A DNA stretch of 64,000 nucleotides from Bdellovibrionales bacterium (lineage in GTDB: Bacteria; Bdellovibrionota; Bdellovibrionia; Bdellovibrionales; JAUICD01). The DNA lies in assembly GCA_965262715.1 (NCBI GenBank), contig OZ253553.1:1088001-1152000 (forward strand), in the 5' to 3' direction. How positions within the stretch are numbered: position 1 is the first letter of the stretch; the number at the start of each line of letters is the position of its first letter. The position numbers were made by a program, and so were the translations under genes. Below the pieces are notes generated by a model. The model did no database searches, was not told the origin of the DNA, and saw nothing but the letters and a program-made list of their open reading frames with translations. Below are positions 1 through 9,480 of the stretch, piece after piece.

Positions 1-905
1 ATACAAAGCATAAGCTCACTTCTTCACCCTTTCTTGTAGGGATAGGGGGTGACTCGGCTGTAGGAAAATCTACACTTGCTGATACCCTTTTAAATATATT
101 CACTCCCTTAAATGCTACAGTCTTAAGAGGGGATGATATGCATAAATGGCAAAGAGGAGATGAAAAATGGAATGAATTCACTCACTTAAACCCAAAAGCC
201 AATCAATTACATAAAGAAATCCATTTTTTAAAAAAGCTAAAAGCCGGGCATAAAATCAGTCGAAGGAAATATGACCACAATACCGGTCAGTTTACAAAAG
301 AAGCCACTATATCACCTAAAAACTTAACCGTGTTTGAAGGACTCCATCCATTTTATCTCACATCACAAGCTCGACTGTATGATCTTAAAATATTTGTAAA
401 ACCTACAACTGATCTTGTTCATCACTGGAAAATTGTTCGAGATAGACAAGAGAGAGGCTATTCAAAAGAAAAAATTCTGCAGTCTTTGAAACAAAGAGAA
501 CATGATTCTAAAAAATATATACAAACTCAAATAGATAAAGCAGATATTGTGATCGAACCTATACCTGTAGAAAAAATACAAAATATCGGTGATAAAGAGG
601 AAAAACTTGATGTATATTATAAAATATTGTTATCAAATGATGTGTATATAGAACCTATTATTGAAGCACTACAAAATATTGAAACTCTACATATAACACA
701 TGAATACACTGAAGAAGCCTATCAATCTGTTATTTTAAAAGGCCACTGCCCTCTAAAAGAAATTAAAAAAATAGGAAGCCATTACATTAAAGGACTAGAA
801 GGATTAGGGCTGACAATTCCAAGTGAATTGAAAGATTCTTTTGGAGTTTTAATGCTTCTTGTCACCTATTATATTTTTGAAAAGGCCGATAATGAAAAAG
901 AATAA
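1..905 (+). CDS. Phosphoribulokinase/uridine kinase family P-loop kinase, 5' end outside the window
   Basis: The frame is open from base 3 and reads FLVGIGGDSAVGKSTLA (Walker A) before the track's Met at 138; it also has the EGLHPF and WKIVRDRQERGYS PRK/UK-type motifs. Confidence 0.8.
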   Translation, partial: TKHKLTSSPFLVGIGGDSAVGKSTLADTLLNIFTPLNATVLRGDDMHKWQRGDEKWNEFTHLNPKANQLHKEIHFLKKLKAGHKISRRKYDHNTGQFTKEATISPKNLTVFEGLHPFYLTSQARLYDLKIFVKPTTDLVHHWKIVRDRQERGYSKEKILQSLKQREHDSKKYIQTQIDKADIVIEPIPVEKIQNIGDKEEKLDVYYKILLSNDVYIEPIIEALQNIETLHITHEYTEEAYQSVILKGHCPLKEIKKIGSHYIKGLEGLGLTIPSELKDSFGVLMLLVTYYIFEKADNEKE

Positions 906-1776
906 AATAAAAGAGTTAGCGTTTATGTCAAGAGATATAGGATATGACCCTGCATGTACACAAGGAGGAGGAGGAAATACATCTGTTAAATTAGACGAGG
1001 AGCAAATGGCTATAAAATCCTCTGGAAAAGCTTTAAAAGAAATGACAGAAAATGATGGATATAGCATCGTCAATTATAAAAAAATAAGAGATTACCTCTA
1101 CTTATCAGATCAAAATGAACATACCTTCTTACAAGAATTAAAGTCATGTACTGTTGAAGGCTACACTCGTCCGTCTATGGAAACAGGATTTCATGCCTTA
1201 CTAGGAGATTATGTCATTCATACTCACTCAGTTTATGCAAATCTATTAACTTGCTGTGAGGAAGGTAAAGATATAGCCTCTAAGCTTTTTAAAAAAGCCT
1301 TCTGGTTGGATTATGTCACGCCAGGTTATGAATTAACACTAGCTATAAAAAAGATTGCTCAAAAAAATAGATGGGATGAAGGAATTATTTTTTTAAAAAA
1401 CCATGGTATCATCGTCGCAGCCCAAACAGCTCAAAGTGTTTTAAATCTTCATAAAGATATTCATACAAAAATACAAAGTTATTTCAATTTATCTACTAAT
1501 GCTTTTGAATTTGAAGATACAAAAGATGCTCCTGATTTTGCAAAAAACTGTATGTTATTTCCAGATCAAGTTGTATATACCTTAAGTGATGCGGAAAATC
1601 TCGAAACAACCTCTGCACAAGAAGTATCAGCCGCATATAACTTTGTTTTACAAATATTAAAAGAAAAAGGATTAACTCCTAGCTTTTTATCAAAAGAAAA
1701 TATTGAAGTTCTTCTAAATATGGAAAGTGAAAAATATAGGCAAAAAAATCAACCTTATTACATCGAAATAAATTAA
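892..1776 (+). CDS. Class II aldolase/adducin family protein
   Basis: GGGGNTSVK, RPSMETGFH, HTH and LKNHG motifs; ATG at 892 overlaps the end of the upstream gene. Confidence 0.85.
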   Translation: MKKNKIKELAFMSRDIGYDPACTQGGGGNTSVKLDEEQMAIKSSGKALKEMTENDGYSIVNYKKIRDYLYLSDQNEHTFLQELKSCTVEGYTRPSMETGFHALLGDYVIHTHSVYANLLTCCEEGKDIASKLFKKAFWLDYVTPGYELTLAIKKIAQKNRWDEGIIFLKNHGIIVAAQTAQSVLNLHKDIHTKIQSYFNLSTNAFEFEDTKDAPDFAKNCMLFPDQVVYTLSDAENLETTSAQEVSAAYNFVLQILKEKGLTPSFLSKENIEVLLNMESEKYRQKNQPYYIEIN

Positions 1777-1923
1777 TTTACCCCATGTAAAAGTTTCTAA
1801 TAAGCTTTATTTTTTCTGTGATCCAGTAATCGGGCAATCTGAAAACAATACCCGGAATCTGACACCAAACATAAAAAACTAATTCTCATTTTTGTAACTA
1901 TTCCAGGAATTAAACTTCCATTA

Positions 1924-1974
1924 TCATGAAGGAGCAATATATTTGATTCTCTCTTTTAGTGCCTGTTCATTCAT
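1924..1974 (-). pseudogene. Truncated N-terminus of an AbiEii-type nucleotidyltransferase toxin (16 codons)
   Basis: ATGA overlap with the antitoxin stop codon; reads MNEQALKERIKYIAPS*, which resembles AbiEii N-termini from memory. Confidence 0.55.
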
Positions 1975-2561
1975 GTTGTTGCCGTTAGTACATAGGGGGT
2001 AATGTTGAACTTTCGTTTTTTTGCATAGACTTGTAGTTTTCTAATATCTAGTTTGTTTCCACTAGAACCTCTAAGCCCCGCCTTCAATGCCTTAATAGCC
2101 ACCTCAATGCTTAGATAACGAAAAGCATCAACAATTGTCCTTTCAGGATCAAAGATCGATATCTTCTCACTTCCTATTTTTATTTCTGTTCTACCAAGCT
2201 CAATATCGCGAGTGCGTAGAAACTTTACCTTTGAACGCTTCGGAGCAGTCGTTGCATGAGGTATGGCAATCCAATGTACACGAGGAATCTCATCTGTCAT
2301 ATCGTAAATATCCAAAGCAGAAATAAGACAAACTACTCCGTTAGAAACACTCTTTGCTGTTATAAACAAATCCTCCCATTTAAAATCAACATCCGGTTCA
2401 ATAGATGGGTTTCTATACACTCCTCTCCCAATTTTTTCGATGAGTCCCCGCTCTATGTAGTAACTAAGTAGTGCTGGATGTATTCCTATAGCTCGTGCTT
2501 CTGATGCACGAAAAAGAGGCTTTTTCAAAAGTTTTTTAAATCTTCTATCTGTGTGTCTCAT
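1971..2561 (-). CDS. Type IV TA antitoxin, AbiEi family transcriptional regulator
   Basis: N-terminal wHTH (GLIEKIGRGVY), VVCLISAL, TDEIP and ERTIVDAFRY motifs. Confidence 0.85.
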   Translation of the reverse strand: MRHTDRRFKKLLKKPLFRASEARAIGIHPALLSYYIERGLIEKIGRGVYRNPSIEPDVDFKWEDLFITAKSVSNGVVCLISALDIYDMTDEIPRVHWIAIPHATTAPKRSKVKFLRTRDIELGRTEIKIGSEKISIFDPERTIVDAFRYLSIEVAIKALKAGLRGSSGNKLDIRKLQVYAKKRKFNITPYVLTATT

Positions 2562-2567
2562 ATCCTT

Positions 2568-2611
2568 AGTTTAATAATAAAACCCAGTAAAGTCAACTGG
2601 GTTTTATTATT
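2568..2611 (-). promoter_or_regulatory. Sigma70-like promoter overlapped by a 16-bp inverted-repeat operator
   Basis: TTGACT-N17-TAAACT on the minus strand; perfect IR AATAATAAAACCCAGT (2573-2588) / ACTGGGTTTTATTATT (2596-2611). Confidence 0.7.
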
Positions 2612-2749
2612 CTTATAAAAGAATAAGCATCTTTTATGGAAAAACCCATAAAAAAGACGTTTTAGAGGTTTTTTTACAGTTTTTTATCTTCAAGCTTTCG
2701 ATTTATAATACCCAGTCATAATATTGTAGGATGTAGTATATTAAGACAT

Positions 2750-2841
2750 TAGAAGCCATCTCAAAAATGCTACTAGAGATAACAATTTTAGAAAAAATAC
2801 CAGTTTTGCATTACACAAAACATCCCATGAGATGGCTTCTA
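2750..2841. mobile_element. MITE-like element with 14-bp terminal IR
   Basis: TAGAAGCCATCTCA ... TGAGATGGCTTCTA; related single ends at ~3065-3082, 16402-16417, ~24045-24062 and 49771-49787. Confidence 0.55.
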
Positions 2842-2935
2842 CTCAAAATGAATAGATTTTCTAGGTACTGATCCGATGGTTTTTTACCATCAGATCAGTG
2901 CCAGAAAGCACGCCAGCGGCGTGGTTCATTTTGAG
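2840..2935 (+). repeat. Dispersed copy of the structured ~105-nt element
   Basis: CTCAAAATGAAT...GTTCATTTTGAG outer stem, TTTCTAGG...CCAGAAA stem and CACGCC-AGC-GGCGTG hairpin; homologous to 16118-16222. Confidence 0.75.
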
Positions 2936-3137
2936 GAAGACAACCCTTTTATACAAGAAATTAGAAGCAATAGGTACAAACGTTTATAGACGAAGATGAC
3001 CATTGATATACATTGGTAGTTAGATAAAGTTATGAACCACTAGCAATGTTTATCAATTTTTTATTTTTGAGATCGGTTCTAGTTATGGTTTGATTTTTTA
3101 GGATGCATTTTATTATAATAATTTTTAGGAAAACTTA

Positions 3138-3362
3138 ATGAAGATAAAAAAAATAGACTTCACACCCAACATGATCATATTAAAAAAAGTCTTATGCAAA
3201 AATAAAGAAACATTGGAATTTTACAAGCAACATCAAAAGACCAAAGATATTTTAGAAAAAATAGCTATTGCCTTAGACCAGAAAAAAGTATTTAAGACTA
3301 TTTACTCTTCAACTCAAAATCGTGACATTAATCCTCATACCGTCTGTTCAACAATAAAATAG
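3138..3362 (+). CDS. Hypothetical protein
   Basis: 74-aa ORF with AGGA upstream; no motif recognised. Confidence 0.4.
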   Translation: MKIKKIDFTPNMIILKKVLCKNKETLEFYKQHQKTKDILEKIAIALDQKKVFKTIYSSTQNRDINPHTVCSTIK

Positions 3363-3398
3363 TGTATAAAACCATTCAAGATGGGTATAATTTTTTAA

Positions 3399-4019
3399 AT
3401 GATATATATTAACCATCGCATTAACAGCATTGAACAACTCAAAACAGTACCACTGCAAAATGGTATCGAGCTAGATATCCGTTACCACAACAATGACCTT
3501 GTACTACATCATGAGCCATTTCACCATCATGAGCATCATCCAGAAAGGTTTGAGGGCCTACTAAAACAATGGAACCATAAAGGCTATATTATACTTAATG
3601 TAAAGACAGAAGGAATAGAAACAGCTTGTATTAATTTAATGAATACCTACAACATTCAAAACTGGTTTTTCCTTGATCTGTCCCTACCGTCTCTTGTAAA
3701 ATATGCTCAGCATGCTGCTAATAATAAAATAGAAGGATTTTCTAAAGAAAATCTAGCCGTGCGTCTCTCTGAATATGAACCCATCGAACATGCCCTAGCC
3801 TTTGCCGGAAAAGCTCAATGGGTCTGGATGGATTGCTTTACCCATTTACCTCTCAATCAAGAGATATACAAAAAGTTAAAAGACTCTAGATACAAAATCT
3901 GTCTTGCTTCACCAGAGCTTCAAAAACATCCTACAAACCAAATTGAGGTGTTTAAAAATCAAATCAAAGGATTTGATATTGATGCTGTTTGTACAAAATA
4001 TCCAGAGTTATGGAGTTGA
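3399..4019 (+). CDS. PI-PLC/GDPD-like phosphodiesterase of glycan clusters
   Basis: INHRIN, GIELDIR, LNVK, SPELQ and AVCTK motifs of small PLC-like TIM-barrel proteins. Confidence 0.7.
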   Translation: MIYINHRINSIEQLKTVPLQNGIELDIRYHNNDLVLHHEPFHHHEHHPERFEGLLKQWNHKGYIILNVKTEGIETACINLMNTYNIQNWFFLDLSLPSLVKYAQHAANNKIEGFSKENLAVRLSEYEPIEHALAFAGKAQWVWMDCFTHLPLNQEIYKKLKDSRYKICLASPELQKHPTNQIEVFKNQIKGFDIDAVCTKYPELWS

Positions 4020-4097
4020 GGTTTTTATAATTAACTCTATAGATTACACACATTTATCAAGGGATATAGGTAACACATAAATTTAGAGGTTTGTGTG

Positions 4098-4454
4098 TTA
4101 TTTTTCAGCTTTTTCTTGAAGCTTGCAAATTTCTTGTTTTAAAAGACCTGTGATCTCAGATACCTTTTCCACACTCATATCAGTCTTAAGTAATTTCAAG
4201 GTCATCTCTCTTTGATTTTTTTGCAGTTCTTCTTGTACCTTTTTTTGTACCTCTTCTTGTACTCTTTTCTGCAGCTCTTCTTGTACTTGTTCCTCTACCT
4301 TTTTTCGCACTACACTTGCCATAGTATAATCAAGATCCTCCATAATGTCCTCTTCTCCTAACTCTTTCTTGACTTCCTCAGAAGCCTTTTTAAATAAATC
4401 TTCATCTATTTGTGAGTCATAATTCATAAAATACTGCTTTATGGCTAATAACAC
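4098..4454 (-). pseudogene. C-terminal fragment of an Rpn (PD-(D/E)XK) family protein; possible standalone small protein from ATG 4343
   Basis: C-terminus LKLLKTDMSVEKVSEITGLLKQEI is nearly identical to that of 10737-11683; nuclease domain absent; EEVQKKVQ-type repeats. Confidence 0.65.
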
Positions 4455-4485
4455 ATCAATTGAAATTAAATATTGAAAAAAAGCT

Positions 4486-5223
4486 TTAGAAAATTTTTAA
4501 TTGGGCTTTCAATTTAAAAATATATTTGAAAGTTCTTTTGATCAATTGGATACGGCCTTTCCAACTCCCACCACCACCCTTAGCCTCTCCATATAAACGT
4601 TTTCTAAACTCAACAGGTAAAGTCTTGACATTATACCCATTGGCTTTGGCTTGATACATAGCATAAAGATCAAGAGAAAAATCTGAAGGATAATTTTTTT
4701 TCAAATACTTATTATAAAACTCTCTAGAAAATAACTTAGGTTGTGCGTTGATATCTGTTAAGCATTTCTTTAACACAAACCAAACTACAACCTGCATACC
4801 AAAAGTAAAAAAAGATTCTATAAATTGACGATTCTTTCGCTTTCCTTTGATAAAAGTATGATCCTCCTCTGTATTTAAGTACAAATCAAAAGCCTTTATC
4901 ACATCATAAGGATCGGTTTGTAAATCAGCATGAGTCCAAGACAACACATCTCCACTAGCCTGACTTAAAGCATGTATAATATCATGACCATATCCACCAC
5001 GAGTTTCTGTTAAAATAAGCTTGAACTTTTGAGGATCAAGATGTTCAAATATCCTTTTTAACTCCTCTGGAGTCTCATCAGTAGAACATCCATCCACTAC
5101 AAGAACTTCTATATTAGATTTGTCTTTCAAAAGATCATCAAGTTTTGTTAATACTCTTGTTATGTTTTGAGCTTCATTAAAACAAGGGACCACAATAGAT
5201 AGTTTTTTAGAGGCTGTCATCAA
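4486..5223 (-). CDS. Glycosyltransferase family 2 (DPM-synthase-like)
   Basis: SIVVPCFNEA, VDGCSTD and HADLQTDP motifs. Confidence 0.9.
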   Translation of the reverse strand: MMTASKKLSIVVPCFNEAQNITRVLTKLDDLLKDKSNIEVLVVDGCSTDETPEELKRIFEHLDPQKFKLILTETRGGYGHDIIHALSQASGDVLSWTHADLQTDPYDVIKAFDLYLNTEEDHTFIKGKRKNRQFIESFFTFGMQVVVWFVLKKCLTDINAQPKLFSREFYNKYLKKNYPSDFSLDLYAMYQAKANGYNVKTLPVEFRKRLYGEAKGGGGSWKGRIQLIKRTFKYIFKLKAQLKIF

Positions 5224-6020
5224 ATAAGCCCATCCTTTTCAGCAAACTCTCTCCAATATGCTATAGTCCTTTCATAGTTTTCATAATCTTGTGGAGTTCC
5301 CCATCCAATATACCTTACATCAAAATATTGAACGTTTAATCCAATATCAATAACATACTGAATAACCTTATCTACGTAATATTTATCATCTATTGTGTCT
5401 TTTCTTTTTATCATGTCTTCTAAGTGTTCTAAAAATATATTTGCATGCTTAAACCAAAACATCCCTGTAGTGGCATGATCTTTCATGTAATCAGAACTAA
5501 TAGTTTGTTTAACAGAGATTCCCGATAACTCTTTATGACTTTTATCTTTTAGTTTAAGCCAACTATGTGCAGAAGGATTGTGTGCTATGTTGTCATCGTT
5601 TCTATGACTTATCACTAAAGCATCTGCCCCTATACAAGCTTCTTCAAATACTTTTTTATCATAAGATATGCCATTATCACAAGTTCCTATAAAAAGCTCT
5701 TCATCACTTTGCAAAAACTCACGAGCTAAAAAACAACCAAAGGCTTGATCCAATCTCATATTATCATGAATGAAAATTGTGTTTGGAAAAGTATCAAGTA
5801 TTGCCTTTTCTGTTCCATTTTCCTTATGCAAAGGCAAGTCTACACAAATGATTTTATTTTTAGGGTTATGAATCCCAGGAATGTCCTTCATTGCACAAAG
5901 TATCATCGGCAACTTTTTTCCACTATATCTGTCTGTTGTTGGGATACAAGCTTTATTTGTAGTGTATCCTGCATCTGCAAAACGAGATCCCTTACCTCCC
6001 ATAGGTATCAATATAATCAT
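5220..6020 (-). CDS. Sugar-phosphate nucleotidyltransferase-like protein
   Basis: IPMGGKGSRF N-terminus, GTPQDY C-terminal motif. Confidence 0.85.
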   Translation of the reverse strand: MIILIPMGGKGSRFADAGYTTNKACIPTTDRYSGKKLPMILCAMKDIPGIHNPKNKIICVDLPLHKENGTEKAILDTFPNTIFIHDNMRLDQAFGCFLAREFLQSDEELFIGTCDNGISYDKKVFEEACIGADALVISHRNDDNIAHNPSAHSWLKLKDKSHKELSGISVKQTISSDYMKDHATTGMFWFKHANIFLEHLEDMIKRKDTIDDKYYVDKVIQYVIDIGLNVQYFDVRYIGWGTPQDYENYERTIAYWREFAEKDGLI

Positions 6021-6796
6021 TTATCAAACCCTTTTACTGTATCAATCCAAAATAAATAATCTTGCAGATCTTTTGGAGTTCCCCATTGGCAAAAATGAGA
6101 AATATCTGAAGAACACCAAACTTTTAAACCATCTTTCACAAGGTAATTATATGGTAAGCTAGCATAGTATTCTCCATTGATAGAATCATTAAGAGAAATC
6201 ATTTTTTGATAATACTTTTTCATAAGACTGCCAGTTTTAAAATAATATGTACCAGAAGAATGCCTTGTCTTTGTTTTATCTTTCTCCCATGAAAACTTCT
6301 CTCGTATTTCAATAAGGTTTTCCTCTACATCTATTCTGCAACTAGCATATAAGTTTTTTGGAGAAAGCAAATGAGGGTGAAAACCTGTATAACATAAAAT
6401 AGCACCCTCACAATTTCTTTTTTTAACTTCATCCTTAAAAGCAGGGTAATCCCAATGCATGTAATAATCACAATAACTCACAATTACAGACGATTGATCA
6501 TCTATAAGATTTGAAGCCTGTAAAATATCATTAACAGGTCCCTTTTTTTGCCAATTTTTTATACAGAAAATCTTAGCTTCTGGTGCTATGCCTTTTAAGG
6601 TTGTCTCTACATAATTAAGAGTATCTAAATGTTTTTGTTGGCAGATAAATATAATCTGCTTTTTATCCCCTGGAAACATATTGACAACCCATTCTATAAT
6701 AGGTTTATCATGCACCTTAATAAAAGGTTTTAGACAACTATAACCAGCAGCCTTAAAACGATATCCATGTCCTGTCATTGGGATAATTATCTGCAT
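6017..6796 (-). CDS. Sugar-phosphate nucleotidyltransferase-like protein
   Basis: IPMTGHGYRF...KPFI and WGTPKDL; likely ATG start at 6796. Confidence 0.85.
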   Translation of the reverse strand: MQIIIPMTGHGYRFKAAGYSCLKPFIKVHDKPIIEWVVNMFPGDKKQIIFICQQKHLDTLNYVETTLKGIAPEAKIFCIKNWQKKGPVNDILQASNLIDDQSSVIVSYCDYYMHWDYPAFKDEVKKRNCEGAILCYTGFHPHLLSPKNLYASCRIDVEENLIEIREKFSWEKDKTKTRHSSGTYYFKTGSLMKKYYQKMISLNDSINGEYYASLPYNYLVKDGLKVWCSSDISHFCQWGTPKDLQDYLFWIDTVKGFDK

Positions 6797-6913
6797 TCTT
6801 ATTGCTCTCTCTATTGATTTCAATGTGTTAATATAATCTTTAAAGGTTTAGATTTATATAATGAACTCTCTTAATTCTTATAAATCTAAATTCTGATTTC
6901 AATAAAAATCTTC

Positions 6914-7858
6914 TTAACTGTTCAAGATATAGGAACAAAAGGTACCTTCCCTTTCAAAATATAGTGAGTTTCCACTTAGAATTGAAGTTTTTCTAGGATG
7001 ACTTCTAAGTAATTTAATCATTCTAAAATACATCTCTGAATTTAAACTTGATACTTCTGCACCATGATTTAATAGTATCCGAACAATACTTGCAGATTCT
7101 CTTACAATAGCCCAATAGAGTGAAGCATGCCCATAATCAGTCGTCGCATATATATCAGCTTTATTTTCTAAAAGTATGCAAACGGTATTTTCATTCCCAC
7201 TACTAACAGCAAAATGGAGAGGAGTAATTCTAAAATTATTAATCTCATTTACAACTTCGTTTTCTAAAAATATGCGAAGTACATCCTTATCGTTACCAAA
7301 AGCAGCCCAAATATTCGTAGATCCTCTCATAATACTCCAATAGAGTGAAGCATACCCATAACCAGTCGTCGCATCTACATCAGCACCATTTTCTAAAAAT
7401 ATACGAGCTGCACCTTCATTCCCGCTGCTTGCAGCAAGATGAAGAGGAGTAACTCCAAAATCATTAACCACATCCACATCAGCACCATTTTCTAAGAGGA
7501 TACGGGCCATACTTTCATTTGGATTCATGGCAGTGAAATGGAGTGGAGTAAATCCAGAAGTATTAACTGGATTCATATTAGCCCCATTTTCTAAAAGTAT
7601 GCGAGCTAAACCTTCACCCCAATTCATAGCAGTCAACTCAAGAGGAGTAAATCCAAAAGAATTAACCGCATTCACATTAGCTCCATCTTCTATAGAATCA
7701 CGAGCTAGATATTTATTTCCAACACTAACAGCTAAAAAGAGAGAGCGATCTGATGGAGTTAGAGAATCCTGATCCTGAGCTTTGGCTTGAGCCTGAACTG
7801 GAATAGTTAATAACCAGGCTAGAAGCAAAGAAGCTATATTCTTTTGTATTTGCTTCAT
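6914..7858 (-). CDS. Secreted ankyrin-repeat protein
   Basis: Signal peptide (..VQAQA) and several GxTPLHxA...LLENGADV repeats. Confidence 0.9.
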   Translation of the reverse strand: MKQIQKNIASLLLAWLLTIPVQAQAKAQDQDSLTPSDRSLFLAVSVGNKYLARDSIEDGANVNAVNSFGFTPLELTAMNWGEGLARILLENGANMNPVNTSGFTPLHFTAMNPNESMARILLENGADVDVVNDFGVTPLHLAASSGNEGAARIFLENGADVDATTGYGYASLYWSIMRGSTNIWAAFGNDKDVLRIFLENEVVNEINNFRITPLHFAVSSGNENTVCILLENKADIYATTDYGHASLYWAIVRESASIVRILLNHGAEVSSLNSEMYFRMIKLLRSHPRKTSILSGNSLYFEREGTFCSYILNS

Positions 7859-8021
7859 AAAAACATTCCTTCTAAACACCTATTTAGCATTTTACAAATA
7901 CTTGACAAATAACACAACAATATCTAAACCTATGAATGGGATGAATCTTTACCTATAACCACCTGTTTTTAAAAGCTTATGGGATAGAGGATTTTTGTAA
8001 AGAATGGAGAAGGCACTTATT

Positions 8022-8495
8022 ATGAACCTATACCACAGATCAATTACATTTTTTAATATTCTACTAGTTCTTATACTCACCACAACAAATGTTTCTGCAC
8101 AAATGAATTCAGATCAGACACCTTGTCCAAGCACACTACTGGATGCAGTTTTAAGAGGAGATTATTATGTAGCAGAACTTCTCCTCCTAAACTATGGTGC
8201 AGATCCAGATGCCTCTCTTGAAAATTGTCAGGATTTTGAAGAGCTTAATGAATTTCCTGCAAATTCATCACTACTTCATATAACAGCCAGACTTTCCAAC
8301 CATCCCGACTCTTATACTCCCTCTGGGTTTTTTATGATAGATTGGCGTAGAACGATGTACCATCTACTCGTGTCAAATGGTGCAGATGAAAATGCAGTGG
8401 ATGCAAGTGAAAAAACACCACAACGCATATTTAATCTAGAAAGACAAAAGCTATATATGAGTTATTCCATACCAGAAGGCTATCCCACACATTAA
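8022..8495 (+). CDS. Secreted protein with degenerate ankyrin repeats
   Basis: Signal peptide (..VSA-Q); LLLNYGADPDA, LLHITA and LVSNGADENA..KTP. Confidence 0.7.
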   Translation: MNLYHRSITFFNILLVLILTTTNVSAQMNSDQTPCPSTLLDAVLRGDYYVAELLLLNYGADPDASLENCQDFEELNEFPANSSLLHITARLSNHPDSYTPSGFFMIDWRRTMYHLLVSNGADENAVDASEKTPQRIFNLERQKLYMSYSIPEGYPTH

Positions 8496-8513
8496 GTTTA
8501 CCTTTATAATTTT

Positions 8514-8655
8514 GGCTCATGGCACCTTAAATAGTTAATTTTATCAATTAAGGTTTTACCAATTAAGCCTTCTTTTTATTCCAGGATTCTGGCAATCAAG
8601 GGCAATACGGAAACGGTATCTGGCAGCTGATCTCTGTTTTAAATATTTATGAGCC
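8514..8655. mobile_element. MITE with IS1595-like ends
   Basis: GGCTCATGGCACCTTAA ... TTAAATATTTATGAGCC resembles the GGCTCATGACATTTTAA end at 43645-43661; flanks TATAATTTT/TTTAATTTT are a near-duplication. Confidence 0.45.
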
Positions 8656-8701
8656 TTTAATTTTACTGACTTCTGAGATATCAGATAGGAAATATCCAAA
8701 A

Positions 8702-9454
8702 CTAACTCATCAATAGGCCACCATTGACATTTAAAGTATGTCCTGTAATGTAATCAGCTGACCTACTTAATAAAAAACATATAGGTTCTGCCACTTGTTG
8801 AGGTTCTGCTATTTTCTTCATAGGAATTAAAGACAAAAGATCTTCTTGATTGCTTAAGTCTTTTGTCATTTCTGTGTTGATAAACCCTGGAGCTACACAG
8901 TTAGAGCGAATACCTCTTGGTGCTAATTCTCTAGCTAGAGACTTTGAAAATGCCTCTATCCCTGCCTTACTTGCAGCATAGTTGGCTTGTCCTAACTGGC
9001 CTATTTGCCCACTCACACTTGTAATGTGTACAAAAGCTCCTTTTCTGGCTTTAAGCATTGTTTTTAAAAAACATTTAGAGACAAGATAAGAGCCATACAA
9101 GTTTATCCTTATTGGAAGATGAAATTCTTCGAAGTTCATCCTTAAAAGGATTTGATCTTGAGTCATCCCAGCATTGTTCACAACTCCATCAATCTCATGA
9201 TTAAAACCTTCTAAAACCTTCTTGCAAGCTTTTGTAATAGAATCTTGATCAGTTAAATCCATTTGGACAGCAAAAGATCTTGCCTTAGAAGAAGAGAGAG
9301 AATTTAGTTCTTCAAGTAAAGCATCTGCCTTTTGTTTGCCTTTATTATATGAAAAGGCAACTTGTGCTCCTTGAAGTATGGCCTGTCTAACTGTTGCAGC
9401 ACCAATCCCTCCGCTCCCACCTGTGACGAAAATTTTATGACCTAATAGATCCAT
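8702..9454 (-). CDS. fabG: 3-oxoacyl-ACP reductase
   Basis: TGGSGGIG, NNAG, YAASK and VAPGFI motifs; adjacent to fabD. Confidence 0.92.
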   Translation of the reverse strand: MDLLGHKIFVTGGSGGIGAATVRQAILQGAQVAFSYNKGKQKADALLEELNSLSSSKARSFAVQMDLTDQDSITKACKKVLEGFNHEIDGVVNNAGMTQDQILLRMNFEEFHLPIRINLYGSYLVSKCFLKTMLKARKGAFVHITSVSGQIGQLGQANYAASKAGIEAFSKSLARELAPRGIRSNCVAPGFINTEMTKDLSNQEDLLSLIPMKKIAEPQQVAEPICFLLSRSADYITGHTLNVNGGLLMS

Positions 9455-9480
9455 TTGATTCCTTTAATTTATCAAAAGAC

